64,000 bases of DNA from Octopus bimaculoides (Eukaryota), in contig NC_068983.1 of NCBI RefSeq assembly GCF_001194135.2, positions 93,020,709 through 93,084,708 on the forward strand. Direction: 5' to 3'. A program made the position numbers and the translations under genes. Below are positions 12,132 through 25,999 of the stretch, in pieces (position 1 is the stretch's first letter; each line of letters starts with the position of its first letter). The notes below the pieces were generated by a model. It saw only the letters and a program-made list of their open reading frames with translations, had not been told where the DNA came from and did not search any database.

Positions 12132-12495
12132 AGTCATTTGACTGCAGCCATGCTGAAGCAATGCCTTTAGTCGAGCAAGTTGACCCCAGGACTTATTCTT
12201 TGTAAGCCTAGTACTTATTCTATTGGTCTCTTTTGCCGAACCACTAAGTTATGGGGATGTAAACACACCAGCATTGGTTGTCAAGCGATGTTGGGGGGGG
12301 GACAAACACAGACACACATATACATATATACGATGGGCTTCTTTCAGTTTCCATCTACCAAATCCACTCTCAAGGCTTTGGTCAGCCCAAGGCTATAGTA
12401 GAAGACACTTGCCCAAGGTGCCATGCAGTGGGACTGAACCCGGAACCATGTGGTTGGTAAGCAAGCTACTTATTACACAGCCACTCCTACGCCTA
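12132..12495 (-). mobile_element. tRNA-derived SINE (young-looking copy)
   Basis: Reverse complement of the 46400-46845 family; head at 12420-12495. Confidence 0.85.
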
Positions 12496-12861
12496 TGGTA
12501 GACAGATTTAGAGAGAATGAATCAACGAAATGATAAACTTGAAAAAAATAAATAAAATGTGATGATTAACGAATATGCATGAACTTAAGGCAAACAAGGA
12601 AGACGAAGCTATTGGAACTATGTTTACATGGTAAAGAAATAGATAAAAAAGAACGAATGGGGTGGGGTATGATCTACGCAGAAACAGGAGTACATGAACG
12701 AGGTTGAAAAGATAAAATTTCTTATCTGATCATCTTCTGAAATTTGTATTCTATCAGCAGAGGAATTGAAAATCGAGTAGGGGAAGCAGAGTATTGGACT
12801 GGTTTATATAGAGTTAGGGTTAGGGTGGGGAAGTGTTGGCGAATCAGGTGGTAAAATCGAA

Positions 12862-12869
12862 GAGAGAGA

Positions 12870-12901
<32 letters not shown>

Positions 12902-12922
12902 AAGAGAGAGAAAGAGACAGTG

Positions 12923-12963
<41 letters not shown>

Positions 12964-12985
12964 CAGTGAGGCAGAGAGAGAGAGA
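12862..12985. repeat. Compound (GA)n microsatellite
   Basis: Direct inspection. Confidence 0.95.
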
Positions 12986-13029
12986 GGTCAGAGTTAGTAA
13001 AAGTCAATCATAAAACAATAATAATAATA

Positions 13030-13212
13030 ATAATAATAATGATAATAACAACAACATTTAAAAATAATTTAGGAATGAGAAACCAGGTTCAAAATTTCCC
13101 CCAAGACNNNNNNNNNNCACCTGATGAAGGCTGGAGGGTATATCAGCCGAAATGTGTTAGCAACAAACAAGATGAGGACAAATATCCATCAATTGTAAAT
13201 AATGTAAATAAA
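13030..13212 (+). mobile_element. Short Penelope-like/hammerhead-type element next to an (AAT)n tract, with decayed hammerhead at 13118-13156
   Basis: cac-CTGATGA-a-GGCTG-gagggtatat-CAGCC-GAAA-t-gtg. Stem III is missing; a 10-N gap lies immediately upstream. Confidence 0.5.
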
Positions 13213-13214
13213 GT

Positions 13215-15005
13215 ACAGAGGTATCAAGTTGTTGGATCAGGTAATGGAAGTCATGGAGAGGGTCATAGCCCAACTAATTAGGGAGTTTAGATGAGATACA
13301 GTTTGGGTTTGTGCAAGGGAAAAGCACCACTGATGCTATACTTCTGATAAGACAGCTGCAGGAGAAATACCTAGCTAAAGTTAAACCTCTGTAGCTGGCT
13401 TTTGTTGTCATGGTAAAAGAGTTTGACAGGGTCTCCCGATCCCTTATCTGGGAGTGGCTAGTGAGAGCTGTACAAGTCATGTACAGGGATGCTGTCAGTA
13501 AGGTGAGGGTTAGCAATGAGTACAGTGAAGAATTTCATGTTGAGGTAGGGGTCCACCAAAGATCAGTCTCCAGCCCCTCTTATTTATCATAGTCATCCAG
13601 GCAATAACAGAAGAATTCAAGATAGGATGCCGCTGGGAGCTCCTCTATGCTGATGACCTTGCTCTCATAGCCGAGTCACTATCAGAACTAGAGAAGTTTC
13701 AGGTGTGGAAGCAAGGTCTAGAATTGAAGGGACTTAGAGTCAATCTAGCAAAAACCAAAGTCATAATAAGTAGGAAGGTAGACAAACCACAAATCCCTCC
13801 AGGGAGATGGCTCTCCTCGGTCTGTAGAAAAAAGCATAGTTAGAAACTCCATAAGATGTACCCAGTGTAAGCTATGGACACATAAGAGGTGCAGCAATAT
13901 CAAAGGAAGGCTAACTGGGAAGATAGTTTTTGTGTGTGGCAAATGCTCAAGGGCAATAAACACTGAAAATGTGCAGAAAACGGCTTCTGTTACATTCCAG
14001 GGGGAAAAACTACAAGTAGTTGATAGCTTCCATTACCAAGGTGACCAAGTCAGTAGCGGGGGTGGATGCCCTGAGAGTGTAGCTGCTACAATAAGAATAG
14101 CCTGGGCTAAGTTCAGAGAGCTCCTACCTCTGCTGGTGACAAAGGGCCTCTCACTCAGAGTAAAAGATAGACTATATTACGCATGTGTCCGAACAGCCAT
14201 GCTACATGGCAGTGAAACATGGGCCATGACTGCTGAGAACATGTGTAAGCCTGCAAGGAATGAAGTTAGTATGCTCTGCTGGATGTGTAATGTCAGTGTG
14301 CATACACGACAGTGTAAGCACCCTGAGAGAAAAGTTGGACATAAAAAGCATCAGATGTGGTGTACAAGAGAGACGACTGCGCTGGCATGGTCATGTGTTG
14401 CATTTGGATGAGGACAGTGGTGTGAAAAGTGTCACACCCTAGCAGGAGAGGAAGACCTGGGATGAGGTGGTGAAGCACGACCTTTGAATGTTGGGCCTCA
14501 CCGAGGCAATGACATGTGACCGAGACCTTTGGAGATATGCTGTGCTTGAGAAGACTCGGCAAGCCAGGTGAGACCATAACTGTTGGCCTATGCCAGTGCA
14601 GCATACCCGGCCTATTTAAGAGTACCTGTCAATCATTGGGCAATAAACTGTGCTTGCGAAGACCTGTTGAGGTAAGTGAAATTGTTGTCACGGCCGATGA
14701 TAGCACTCTCTGATTGGCACGTAAAAAAAGCACCATTCAAGTGTGGTCGATGCCAGTACCACCTGACTAGTCCCGTGCCAGTGGCATGTACAAAGCACCA
14801 TTCGAGTACAATCGTTGCCAGTGCCACCTGACTGGGCCCCATGCCGGTGGCACGTAAAAAGCACCCGCTACCACTCTCTGAGTGGTTGGCATTAGGAAGG
14901 GTATCCAGCTGTAGAAACTTTGCCAGACCAGATTGGAGCCTGGTGCAGCCTTCTGGCTTGCCAGTCCTCAGTCAAACTGTCCAACCCATACCAGCATGGA
15001 GAACA
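13215..15005 (+). mobile_element. 5'-truncated RTE LINE (RT to 3' UTR)
   Basis: GIKLLDQVM, LLYADDL, Cys-rich insert, ORF 13932..14411 and 3' UTR with ~66-bp tandem units; homologous to the 8269-11492 copy. Confidence 0.93.
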
Positions 15006-18000
15006 TGAAGGAACACACACATGTATTTATGAGTAGTTTCTTTCAGTTTCTGTATACCAAATCTCCTCCCAAAACTTTTTCATCCTGGAGCTATAATAGA
15101 AGACATTTACACAAGGTACTGTGCAATTGGACTGAACCTGAAATCACAGTTTGGATATGAACTTCTTAACCACACAGCTGACCTTAATCAAGAACATAAC
15201 TCTGCTCACTCCAACTTGCCAGACTGACAATACTGGTGCTACTTTCTGCTTCATTGTTGAATGGTTAGCAGTGGAAAGCACATTCAGTTTTAACTGTCCC
15301 AACCAAAGCAAAACCAATGAAAATGATTTCACCATACAAGAAAGTAAATGGAAAAGTAATAAAAACGAACAGTATAGATTCTTTATATTTTTAAGTATAT
15401 GGATGTGTTTGCAAACATTTGTTGCATTCAAAATGAAGGTACAACAGATATGACAAATAGAGGGAATATGTCATCAACATATAGTTGTTTATCTGCAGAT
15501 AATCTCGCACCTACAATAAAAAACAATTTATACATTATAAGCTATCATATTTTTGCAGACACAGAAAATCTAGAACACCCCAAAATAGTTTCTTCCACTT
15601 TTGATGATCATTAGGTATAATTTGACTAAGATTTGGCTGTTTTTTCTAGTAAGTTAAGTGGTTACATAAAAGTTCCCTCATTCACTCGATCCTAATGGTC
15701 TTCTGTAACTGATTAGTACATGATATACACTTACAGCTGAAACATATGCACAAGGCAAGCTAAATTGGAATTATTAAATCAGTGCAAATATATTCGACAA
15801 TACAACAGATAACTCCCTCCTCATCTACAGCAGAAACATTAATATCAATTTATATAGCAGCTCTTTTGGATATATCTGGGGTTTTTTCACTTCAGAATAT
15901 GGTTTTAACAAGCTACAATATAAAGCATTTTAAGCAAATATGGAGTTTCTATGCAAATACTTTCAAATGGAAAAGCAAAAGCCTTTTCTTTAGGGAACAA
16001 TGAGTTACACAATTCAGTATAGTGGGACGTTCAGTAAAACATGTAGATTATGGTTGTGTGGGTTAAGATGTTTGCTATGCAATTATGTAACTCCTGGTTC
16101 AATTCACCTTGTGATATCTCGGGAAAGTAATATTCTACCACATCCTCAAACTGGCCAAAGCCTTGCAAGTGAAATTGCTAGTCAGAAACTGCACAAAATC
16201 CAAACCTTTACTTTCTAGGTTTAAATCCCATACTGGGTGACTTTGCCTTTCACCCATCTAAGGTTGATAAAATAAATACTAGTTAATCCGAATGCACTAC
16301 TATGAGACATTCAATGAAATATGTTTGACCAAAGCTATCCAAAAATAGTAACTGTATTTTAAAATTGCTTAAACATTACTTGGCCTTTTTGCCTTATCAC
16401 TGACATTCAATCAAACCAATTCCATTTTGGGAATATATTTTAATGCTCTCAAATCAACTGAAGTGAAAGACTGGAAAATATCTTAATACTATCCATTTTA
16501 TTAAATAAACAAAATTTTAGGTATGGATTTATAAGTTTAAAAATAATGAATTCTTTAAAAATGGTAAGCTCTGGAGTGCTATTCTAGATAACAAATCCCA
16601 TCACAGCTACCATTTAAGAGATATGGTGTAAATAGCTGCTTTCTTACTGAAAATGTGCTTAAATTACACAGTACAGCTGCAAGTCCATATACCAAAATGT
16701 TTTATCACAGAGCTCACACTGAGAAAACTATTGTGATGATTACTTTGAGATAACTTATATGTAGTATTTTAAATATCTGGCATTTTAATGTATTTCACTG
16801 AATTTTATTATCTAGGTAATGTTCTTGAAAGGATTCATTTTTATAGTTCTGGAATATTGAATAAAAAAGTATCTGGAATAATGAAAAGTAAAATATACTA
16901 AACATAAAACTTCCAGTTCTATTTGACATGAGGGAATTCTCTTTTAGCTACCAATATTTGAAAGTATCTACACCAGGAAAGAAGCAAATTATTGTTTGTT
17001 ATATAAACAAGCCAAGCTATTACAATAATGAGAATTTTGGCATCTAAAATGGAAAGTGGATAATACTGAAATCACCTATGAAGTTGAAAATAACTTAACT
17101 TAATTTGTCCAGGCTTAATTAATTGATAGAATCACCTTTATTAAATATCCAAGATTCCTTCACCAACATGCTAAAATCACTGACTAGCTATTATTTTCAA
17201 AAGTCTTATTTCTTTGTTTTACATTACTCCTTTATTAAGAAAACTTAAAGGGGTCCAATTCCTCCCTTTATTTCTTTAATAGTTCTCCAGCATTCACAAA
17301 CATTAATACAAGCAAGGAAAAAATGGATGTAAAATGTTGATGATATTAAAGATTTTACCTGAATTGATTATGTGCAAGTTTTGAGTGCTAGATATTTTTG
17401 ATTACCAGAATCTGGCAGGACTTTAAAGGCATTAGGCGATAGTTTCCAAAGACATCAGCAACTACATTTGAAGGTATTAGTTGATATTTTTTTGCTTCAT
17501 TATAAATCCTTCTTTTGCAACCCACATAATTTTCAAGACAGATAAATAGACTTACTTTCAAGATATACCCATCTTGCATTTTGACATATTATACAGAAAG
17601 GCATATATCATTTTAACTTAGGAAGTGTAAGTAACAATTAAAATATAGGTGAGATGCACATTCATTATCTTAAGCCCAGCTTACACCCTTTCTCATATCA
17701 GTCCTGAAAGCCCTGGAAAAGAGGGCCATGAATGCTGCCCTTTTCCCTCTGACTAAGCCATGGAAAACAAACAAACTTTAAAAAAAACATATAATAATGA
17801 AAATATTGATGACAAACTTCTAACTCCATCACCAGTGTTATATCTTACATTGCTCAAAAACTCAAATATTGTTTTACATCTAACCAATAAGGCTTTGAAA
17901 ATCAAATTATCTAAAAATCTATGTTATGACCAGTATAAACATTGTTAATTCAATTAAGACTGATTTTGGTTCCATGCTACAAATCCATCTCAGATTAACC

Positions 18001-19222
18001 TTTGTCCTATGTTACCAATCCACTAGAATGTAAATTGGGGTAGAGCCCCTATGAAATTGCTTGACTTGTTAGAAATAACTAAATTCTCTCTAAATTTACC
18101 CCATCATCTTAAAAATAACGATGCATTGGACAATGTAGTTCTGGTTGTATAAAAAAGGGGAGATGGTAATAGCTGGTCTGCTCAATTAGAGCTGATCTTT
18201 ACTAAGCATCAACAGACCAACCATATAAGATTGCTCATATCTAAATTGAGATCAAGGAAATAATATGTGACTTCAAAGATATAAGAAACTTTTAAGTTCT
18301 AAAACCCAAATCACAAGCAATAAATAAAACCTCTTCAAAATTCTGAATTATTTAAACATTTTCTTTTTCCATAATCATTTGGAGAGTAGGGCCTCTCCTA
18401 TGATCAATGCATCCTCTCCCAGACTAATGTGGTTGATTTAGCAGCACATACATAGAGTTGCATTCTGGGAATTGCAGTTTTTGGTGCAATTTTGGAAGTT
18501 AGGTACTAGACAAGACAAGAAGTAGGGTAAATACATGAATCACAAATAAAATTTGTATCAGTGTGTTTAGCTAGAAATAGCTGAGAGCAATTGATATGGA
18601 GAAAGAAGAGTGTGAGGGACATAATCAAAAGATGGAGCATGCCAGAGTTAATAGGATGGAGAGAGAGCCTAATTAACACACTGTAATAGAGTAGCCAAGA
18701 AACTTTTAATCAAAGAGTTGAGAGATGGATAGATGGAACACTTAAGTGAGAACTTAGCTGGGGGTAATTATGTCAGACAAGACTGAAGGTTTTGCTCATG
18801 TTAAGATCAATGATGTCTCTTACACCAATACTTTGAAAGTGAAAGGTAACTAGTGTATGAAAGGTGGAAAAGCTATCCCACGTTGCACACAACTAGAGAG
18901 TTAAGAGGGAGGGAGAGGGAGAGAAAAGGAGAGGGAGAGAGAGAGAGAGAGAGAGAGAGTGTGTGTGTGTGTGTGTGAAGTGAGATAACTATGATGTAGG
19001 ATAACAAATAGTAGATCTGGCTGTACAGAAAACATACTGAGAAAATTCAAGGTGATAAAGGAAGGTAATTGCTTATGACTGCTTACATCCTATTTGGGGC
19101 ACTATACATAATTTGATGTACTATACACTTATTATAAGAAGATGGCAGTAAGCTGGAAAGATTTTAACTAAGCTTACCTGATTAAAAGATAGAAATCATA
19201 AGGTTAAAGAAAAGCTCTAGAG

Positions 19223-19617
19223 CAGTGGTTCTTAACCCCCACATTTTCTTTTTTTTTTTGGAGCAACCCATTTGAAATAGTTGTTATGCCTAGTACCCAC
19301 CTAAGTGGAAATTGAGGTCTCACAACTAAACTAACTTAATATGGATGATAATTCATAAATTTTACTCTAAAAATGGATTGTATAAGCTTTTAACAGTGAA
19401 ATGATAAGTTGTAAATTTAGTTTATACATTGCAATTTAACGACTTCTCTGTGTCTGGTGATATTTCATTTTATTTTGATAACCATTACTAGTGTTATCAT
19501 GTAGAATATAATTACTACTATAATAAAATTTAGTATATTAATTATACTACCTCACTACCCCCTTCAACATGCCCAGTACCCCCTTGCGGGCAGTGCCACC
19601 AACATTGATAATCTCTG
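19223..19617. mobile_element. hAT (Charlie/Buster-type) MITE
   Basis: Perfect 8-bp TSD ctctagag at 19215-19222 and 19618-19625; imperfect ends cagtggttcttaacc / attgataatctctg. Confidence 0.8.
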
Positions 19618-19834
19618 CTCTAGAGTAATGAGGTCCTAAAAAAATATCTTAGACAAAATTTAAAAGCATAGTTGTTCATCAGCTTGTAAAATGTAAAAAT
19701 TGGAAAGTGAAATGCAAATGAATATTTTCCAATGTTTATGGCACCAAAATGATCAGACAATTATTCAGTTCATCTTCAATTAATGCTCATTAATATATCA
19801 CAGCCCCCACTTCTTTCACTAATGCTCGTAATCA

Positions 19835-20790
19835 TTTCGAACTTAGGCACAAAGCTAACAATATGGGTAGGAGGAGAAGGTAGTCAATTACATTAGACCC
19901 AATATTTCAAAATTAGTTTATAACATTGCCTCTGGAAGGATGAAAAGCAAACTTTGCTTTGGTGGACTTGAATTCAGAATGTCAAGAGCGAGGACAAATA
20001 CTGCAAAACATCTTGTCCAATCCAATCCAATTCTCTAATGATTTTGCCAACCCACTGCCATTATAATAATTTGTAATTTAGGTATTTAGGTACAAGGCCA
20101 GCAATTTTGAAGGCAGGGGTTAGTCAATTACATCAACCCAATACTTAATTGGTACTTTATTTTAATAACCTTGACTGGATGGGAAGGTAAAGTTGACCTC
20201 AGCAGGATTTGAACTCAACATAAAGAGCTGTAGCTAAATACATTTCGTTCAATCTTCTGATACTTCTGCCAATCTTCCTCCTCCTACACCACTGCCACAA
20301 TAATAATTGTTTCTGATATAGGCATAAAGCCAAGAATTTTAAGGAGAGGGATTAGTTGATATCACTGAGTATTTGACTGGAATTATATTTTATTGACCCA
20401 CCCCCATGGGAATGAAAGGCAAAGTTAACTTTGGCTTTCATTTGAACTTTGAATGTAAAGAACTGGAATGAAAAGTATTTTGATTAACATTCAGCAACTC
20501 CATTGCTGTTATAACAATAATAATAGCCATATTTTCAAATTTTAGCACAAGACCTGCAATTCTGAGGGAGGGACTAAATCAATCACATTGACTTCAGCGA
20601 TCCTGTAAAATGATAAGTAAAGTCAGCACTGGCAGAATTTGAATTCAGAATATAAAGGGTTGGTACTTCAATTTATCAATCTCAGAAAGATGAACGGCAA
20701 GGTTAAAGTTAACCTTGGTAGGATTTGAAATCAGAACAAAGAATTAGAAGAAATACTACAAGGCATTTTGTCTGAAGCTCTGACAATTCT
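19835..20790 (-). mobile_element. Second head-to-tail cluster of four SINEs of the same family; two more at 60415-60800
   Basis: Same block at ~19940, ~20185, ~20415 and ~20700, separated by AAT-rich linkers. Confidence 0.75.
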
Positions 20791-20794
20791 TGTA

Positions 20795-20815
20795 GTAGTA
20801 GTAGTAGTAGTCATG

Positions 20816-20875
<60 letters not shown>

Positions 20876-20915
20876 CAAAAGTCAAACATAAAATAATAAT
20901 AATAATAATAACAAT
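20795..20915. repeat. (TAG)n/(AAT)n microsatellite
   Basis: Direct inspection. Confidence 0.95.
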
Positions 20916-23900
20916 AGAGATGATGATTACAAATAGGAATTGTTAATCTAATAACTAATCGCTTCTGACAAAGAAATGAGGAAGAACAACAGTTGAATTA
21001 CTTGAATGAAAATGTCCTTAGGTCAGAGGGCATCTTTTGTTAAATCTTGTGCACGTGTGGCATTACAAAACGAGTTTGCATTGAAGTGAAACAAGTAATG
21101 CTACAATCATTTAATTTTCATTGTTTAATAACTGTTGCTACTAAATCATTCCTTTTGCAGTACATCCCACACCTATACAATACTTCATACAACTATCCAC
21201 ACAAGACAAATGCTGTATACCTACACAAGCACTGACTAACATTACAACTTTACAATATGATGTAAAACTAAATATAAAAGAAAATAGAATTGTGTGTACA
21301 AATAGATGTACAACTGTAACTGTTATGTTTAGAGCTCCACATAGATTTACATAATCCAGTCTGCTTTCTGTATAGTTGTTATGTAACATCTATACTGAGT
21401 AATATTACTAGTTATGAAATATACAGAACAAATGTAGGAGAGATCAGAATAAATGCAGGTTTATATCGTAATTCCCATGTATGTTTTGTTATTATGTTGT
21501 TTAGAGTCCTACAATAGGTGTCTCAAATGCTCAACTACAATGGCTTGTCAGGGAACACTTTGTTGTATTAAGTTACAAAAGAAATTCTAAAGTTTATAAA
21601 ACAACAATTTTGAAATTGACAACCCTTCATGTTAGAAATGATAATGGAAATGCTGCTACTACCACTGATGAAGATGACAATGCACAACTAATAATCTGAC
21701 AGCCAATCAGAAACTAATTTCAGAACACTGATCAGTTGTGTAATCTAGAAGAATATGCAAAGTTTAAAAAAATATTGTTCTGAATCAGTTTTTTAAAGAG
21801 CAAAGTAAACTAAGGCTTCTAAATAGCTACTTGCAAAAATGTTGTTCATTTTGCTTTGCATTGTTGTCCAGTACAGTAACTGCTGTGCACTAGTACTGGG
21901 TAACAATAGAAATAACTTCAAGCTCAACATTGAAAGGGGCTTAAAAAGAAAATGACAATGCATTGTAGAAGAGAATCATGCTTTTGAAATATGTAATTGA
22001 CGATGAGAATCCAGGGTACAGAATTCTTCCCACTTTTCATGTCGTTTTGCTCAAGTTAGCTCTGATAGAGAAGACCTATGATCAAAGGTATTCCAGCCAT
22101 GGCCATCTCATATTTTTGCATACATAGGAATGTGTTATCCAGTGTATACTTCATTTTTCCAAGTTTGGTGTGATTTAAGAGAGATTGGCTTCCACTTCTA
22201 GCAGGTTGAGCAATAAGCTATAAGATTACTTGCTGGTTTGTAATTTTGCCTATAGGTATTGAACTGCAGAAGTCTATGCAATATTACAAGTTTGGTAGAG
22301 TACTGCAGCTCTCCACACTTAAAAAGAATAAAAATTACAAGTGCAACTATTTTAAAGATTTACAATATCTCAATGTATTTTGATGAAAGTAAATTCTTCC
22401 CTGAACTGATGGATGATTTAATAGAAAACTTAGTCACATATACATTCAAGATAGTTGACTTTATGAGATTATTATATTATAAAAATTATATTTCAGAATC
22501 ATGTTCCTAAACACTTTTTGGCAATGGCAACATTGTAAAATTTAATACATCAAAGATACTGGTCAAGTAGAGAATGACAATCATGAAAATATTTCTGTCT
22601 ATGGCCTGCTTTTAAATTTTGTCATTTGAATGCAAGACTCTCACATAGAACACATCATGTCTTCTAGACTTGACAATATTTTCCAGATATATTTGTGATA
22701 AACTGAGACATTTCTAAGGTTCAACTGAATTTCTCATTACTTTCAGTTATATCCAGCATTATGTGGGTTGACATCAATCTCCATACTTTTCTATCATTCA
22801 TCATGCAAATAATATTCTATTTCAATCTGCTTCTGTTGAATATAATATTAATAATTATTATGTTCAGTAGGAAGGTATCAAATACACAATTCTTCTCTAA
22901 AATATTGTCTACCTGGCACAGTGACTTTACTGAATGGACATTTGATGGCACAGTACAGAGGCTTGCATAGTTTACCTGAAGATGTTAAAGGATTGCAGAA
23001 GACTGTATAAGCTGAACAAAGACCAATGAGACAAGAATTAATGTAGTGAAAAAACAGGATTTTAGAAATATCAAAATAAAGGAAAGAATGCACACAGAAG
23101 GGAGTGAACTTCACTTGATTACATAGAGCAAATGCTTACATTTTCAAAATCTGCAGAAAGAGCTGCTGTTTTAAGATTTTCAGTGTTTGCATGGCTGCAC
23201 TGACAAGTAAGAGACTAATCAGAAATTATATCTAACAAATCATGACTAACCACAAATCAGATAAATACTAACTTTAACATCTCTAAAGTAAGCTGCAGAA
23301 ATAATCAAGATATTATGAAGAACTAAAACAAATTAAAACCTAGCAATTGGCAGTCAAAAGTATAGGTAAAAGAAATTAAAGAATGCATTATGCAATCAAA
23401 TAAATAAACAGTAATAACTGACGAATTTAAGATTGTAGCTGTAAATATCTTAATAAACAAGCTAGTGGGGAAAATTAAATGAGAAAATTTAAATCTCATG
23501 AATATTTTAACAAATCTTAGAAAACATGAATAAACAGTTAAACCAAAAAATTATAATAGTGATTTACACTATATTTAAATGGAAAAACAAATTTGGGAAC
23601 TCATAATCCTGTAGAATATTGTAAATGAACTGATGATGAAACAGAAAAAAAACAAAAAAAAACAAGTGGAATATATGCTATCATCTATACAATTAGAGAA
23701 CTAAACAGGATTCTCAAAAGCTGTGAATTATTTTAAACCATGTGATTTCTTTTTTCATATATGCTTTGCAATTTACAATTGTACACTAATTAAAAATGCT
23801 ATTTTGCATGTACAGTGAAATTTAATTTCAATAATCAGAATGATTGATATAAAATAATTGTTATTAATAAAGAGCTTTATGTGACTAGAAATTATAAATC

Positions 23901-25999
23901 TGTTCAAAATTGTCTACTTTGAAATTTAAAATCATAAACAAGTGAATGCAAATAAATGTCTAAGTTGAAGTGGCAAAATTTTAATCATATCTGTAATCGA
24001 TATATTGCGTTTTGCTTTAAATCTACCCCAATAAACCATCTTATAAATGAGGAGACTCACTGAATCAAAATATTGTTATTTTCATTTTTTCTCCTTTCCA
24101 AAACTACAATAAGTTGTAGCATTTCCTATATCATTAGGATTCTGAATATAACAAAAGAATAACTAATTAAAATTCAATTCCATGATCAATTATTTTGGTT
24201 AACAATTACATGAAACACTAGATAAATGAGAGTATTAAAATGGTGATTTCCCAGAAATTTGAAGAACCTATGAAATATTCAATAATCTAAAAGATTCCCT
24301 CAAATTTCAATCACTCACTAACAGCATGCCATTGTTAAGAAAAATGGAGAAACATGAGAATTTCGCAAAGAATTTTATTGTCAAAATGGCTGAATGTCAG
24401 AAATGACGGAAGCTCTATTATTACATATAACAATCCACGGCTAAAGCATACAAAAATTTTTCTCTAATATTGTCATGAACTGCAGACCCCTCCAATTCAT
24501 GCTAATGTGGGGAAAATGGATGTGGAAATGATATGATGGATTCAAACACTTTTTTCTTTTTAGATGATATTCAAACACAAAAAAGCAGATTGCATGTTTT
24601 ATTTGTAATCAGCGAGTTGCTGAATCCAAGTGGATCATGGTCAGAAAAATTGATCTGTTATATGGTGATGGCAGTGGTATGGCAATAAGATGATGGTAAT
24701 TTGTTGATACTGTATGATGATAATGGTGTTGATGGTGGTAGTTACCACCCTCAACATATCACAGTGACAGATGAAGAGAAAAGGGAATAAAAAAAGGAAG
24801 TAAAAAAGACAAACAGAGAAAAAGGAGAAATAAAACAGGAGGGGTGAATATGACGCATAAATGTGGAAGTAGAATCTGAAGGATAGCTTCGAAGATTTGA
24901 GTTGATAAAGTATTTGACTATATGAAGCATCAGTCACTTTCAGGATGTGAGGGATAATGACAACATTCTGGTGAATGTATGGTGACAATGGATGAGTTAG
25001 GCTGTATGTCGGGCAATGATAGATGATAGGAGGTGGAAAATATTTAAGCCAATGAATACTAGTAATGAGATAGAACAGATTCAAAAGAACTAAGGATTAC
25101 AGAAGAATTGTACCAGATTTGAACTGGTTTAAATTTGAAGAAGATCAATCATTAGTCAAGACAAATAAAGATACATTTATAAAGGCCAGTAATTTATATC
25201 AAAATATATTTTAGATCTATCTTGCAAGGGAAATCTATTCTTTGAGTTGGGAAGAAGACAGAAAAAAATAAATAAAAGAAAAAGATGAATGTCTTTGTAT
25301 TGAATTCTTACTTGATATTTCTCTAAGAGTTGGTTACCATATTAACAAAACTGTTCTAGATTTACATTAGAATATTAACAGTGAGACAATCACGATTCTC
25401 AAGTAATATAGACAGCTTGGAAAAGTCAGCATGCATGACAGAGGAGATCTATTGATTCATAACAATGGGATGGCAGGAGAGAAAATTATTTAATAAACCA
25501 TAAATATATATAAAAAAAAAAAAGAGTCAAATATTCATTCAGCCTCTTATATTTAATCTTTCAATATCAAAAAAGGAGTTTCTTTGATCTGCACTGTGGG
25601 ACCAATGAAAATATCGTAATACAACAAGAATAAATGTCCAAATATTGGAAAAGTTGATGGATAAGGGCAAGATGAATAGATTTCCACATACACACACGCA
25701 CATTTATATGGATGTATGTGGAAATATATATGTACCTGAGTATAAATGCAAACACATATGTGTGCGTGTGTGTGTACCTGGGTATATATAAGTGCATATA
25801 AGTTCCATGACCCAAATGATTTTCAGTTTCAACATAGTTATTAGAAAGTCAGCCACCTGATCAGTTACTACTAGGGTGAACATGCAAGCCAAATGCAATT
25901 TATGCTCAGCAGGAAATGGGACAGGTAACTGGCTGTAAAATATATGTCTTGTCATTAAAAAATCTATAACTAAATACAGACTAATGAGTAGTAAGATCA

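Noticed and set aside
11310-12205. Long ORFs of 223-286 aa (also 45589-45835 and 53148-53729)
   Set aside because: They are open only because they cross N gaps.
12814-12825. (TTAGGG)2
   Set aside because: Only two units; too short for an interstitial telomere.
17388-17579. Minus-strand ORF with LamG-like NYVGCKRRI...SCQIL and a possible gtaatc donor; the opposite strand gives a BH3-like LKALGDSF
   Set aside because: No convincing in-frame acceptor, no other LamG residues, no supporting neighbouring exons. Both motifs are short enough to be chance.
24641-25084. 147-aa minus-strand ORF (similarly 36048..36506, 48903..49247, 56955..57185)
   Set aside because: Low-complexity T/C-rich strand lacking stops by composition; no protein signal.
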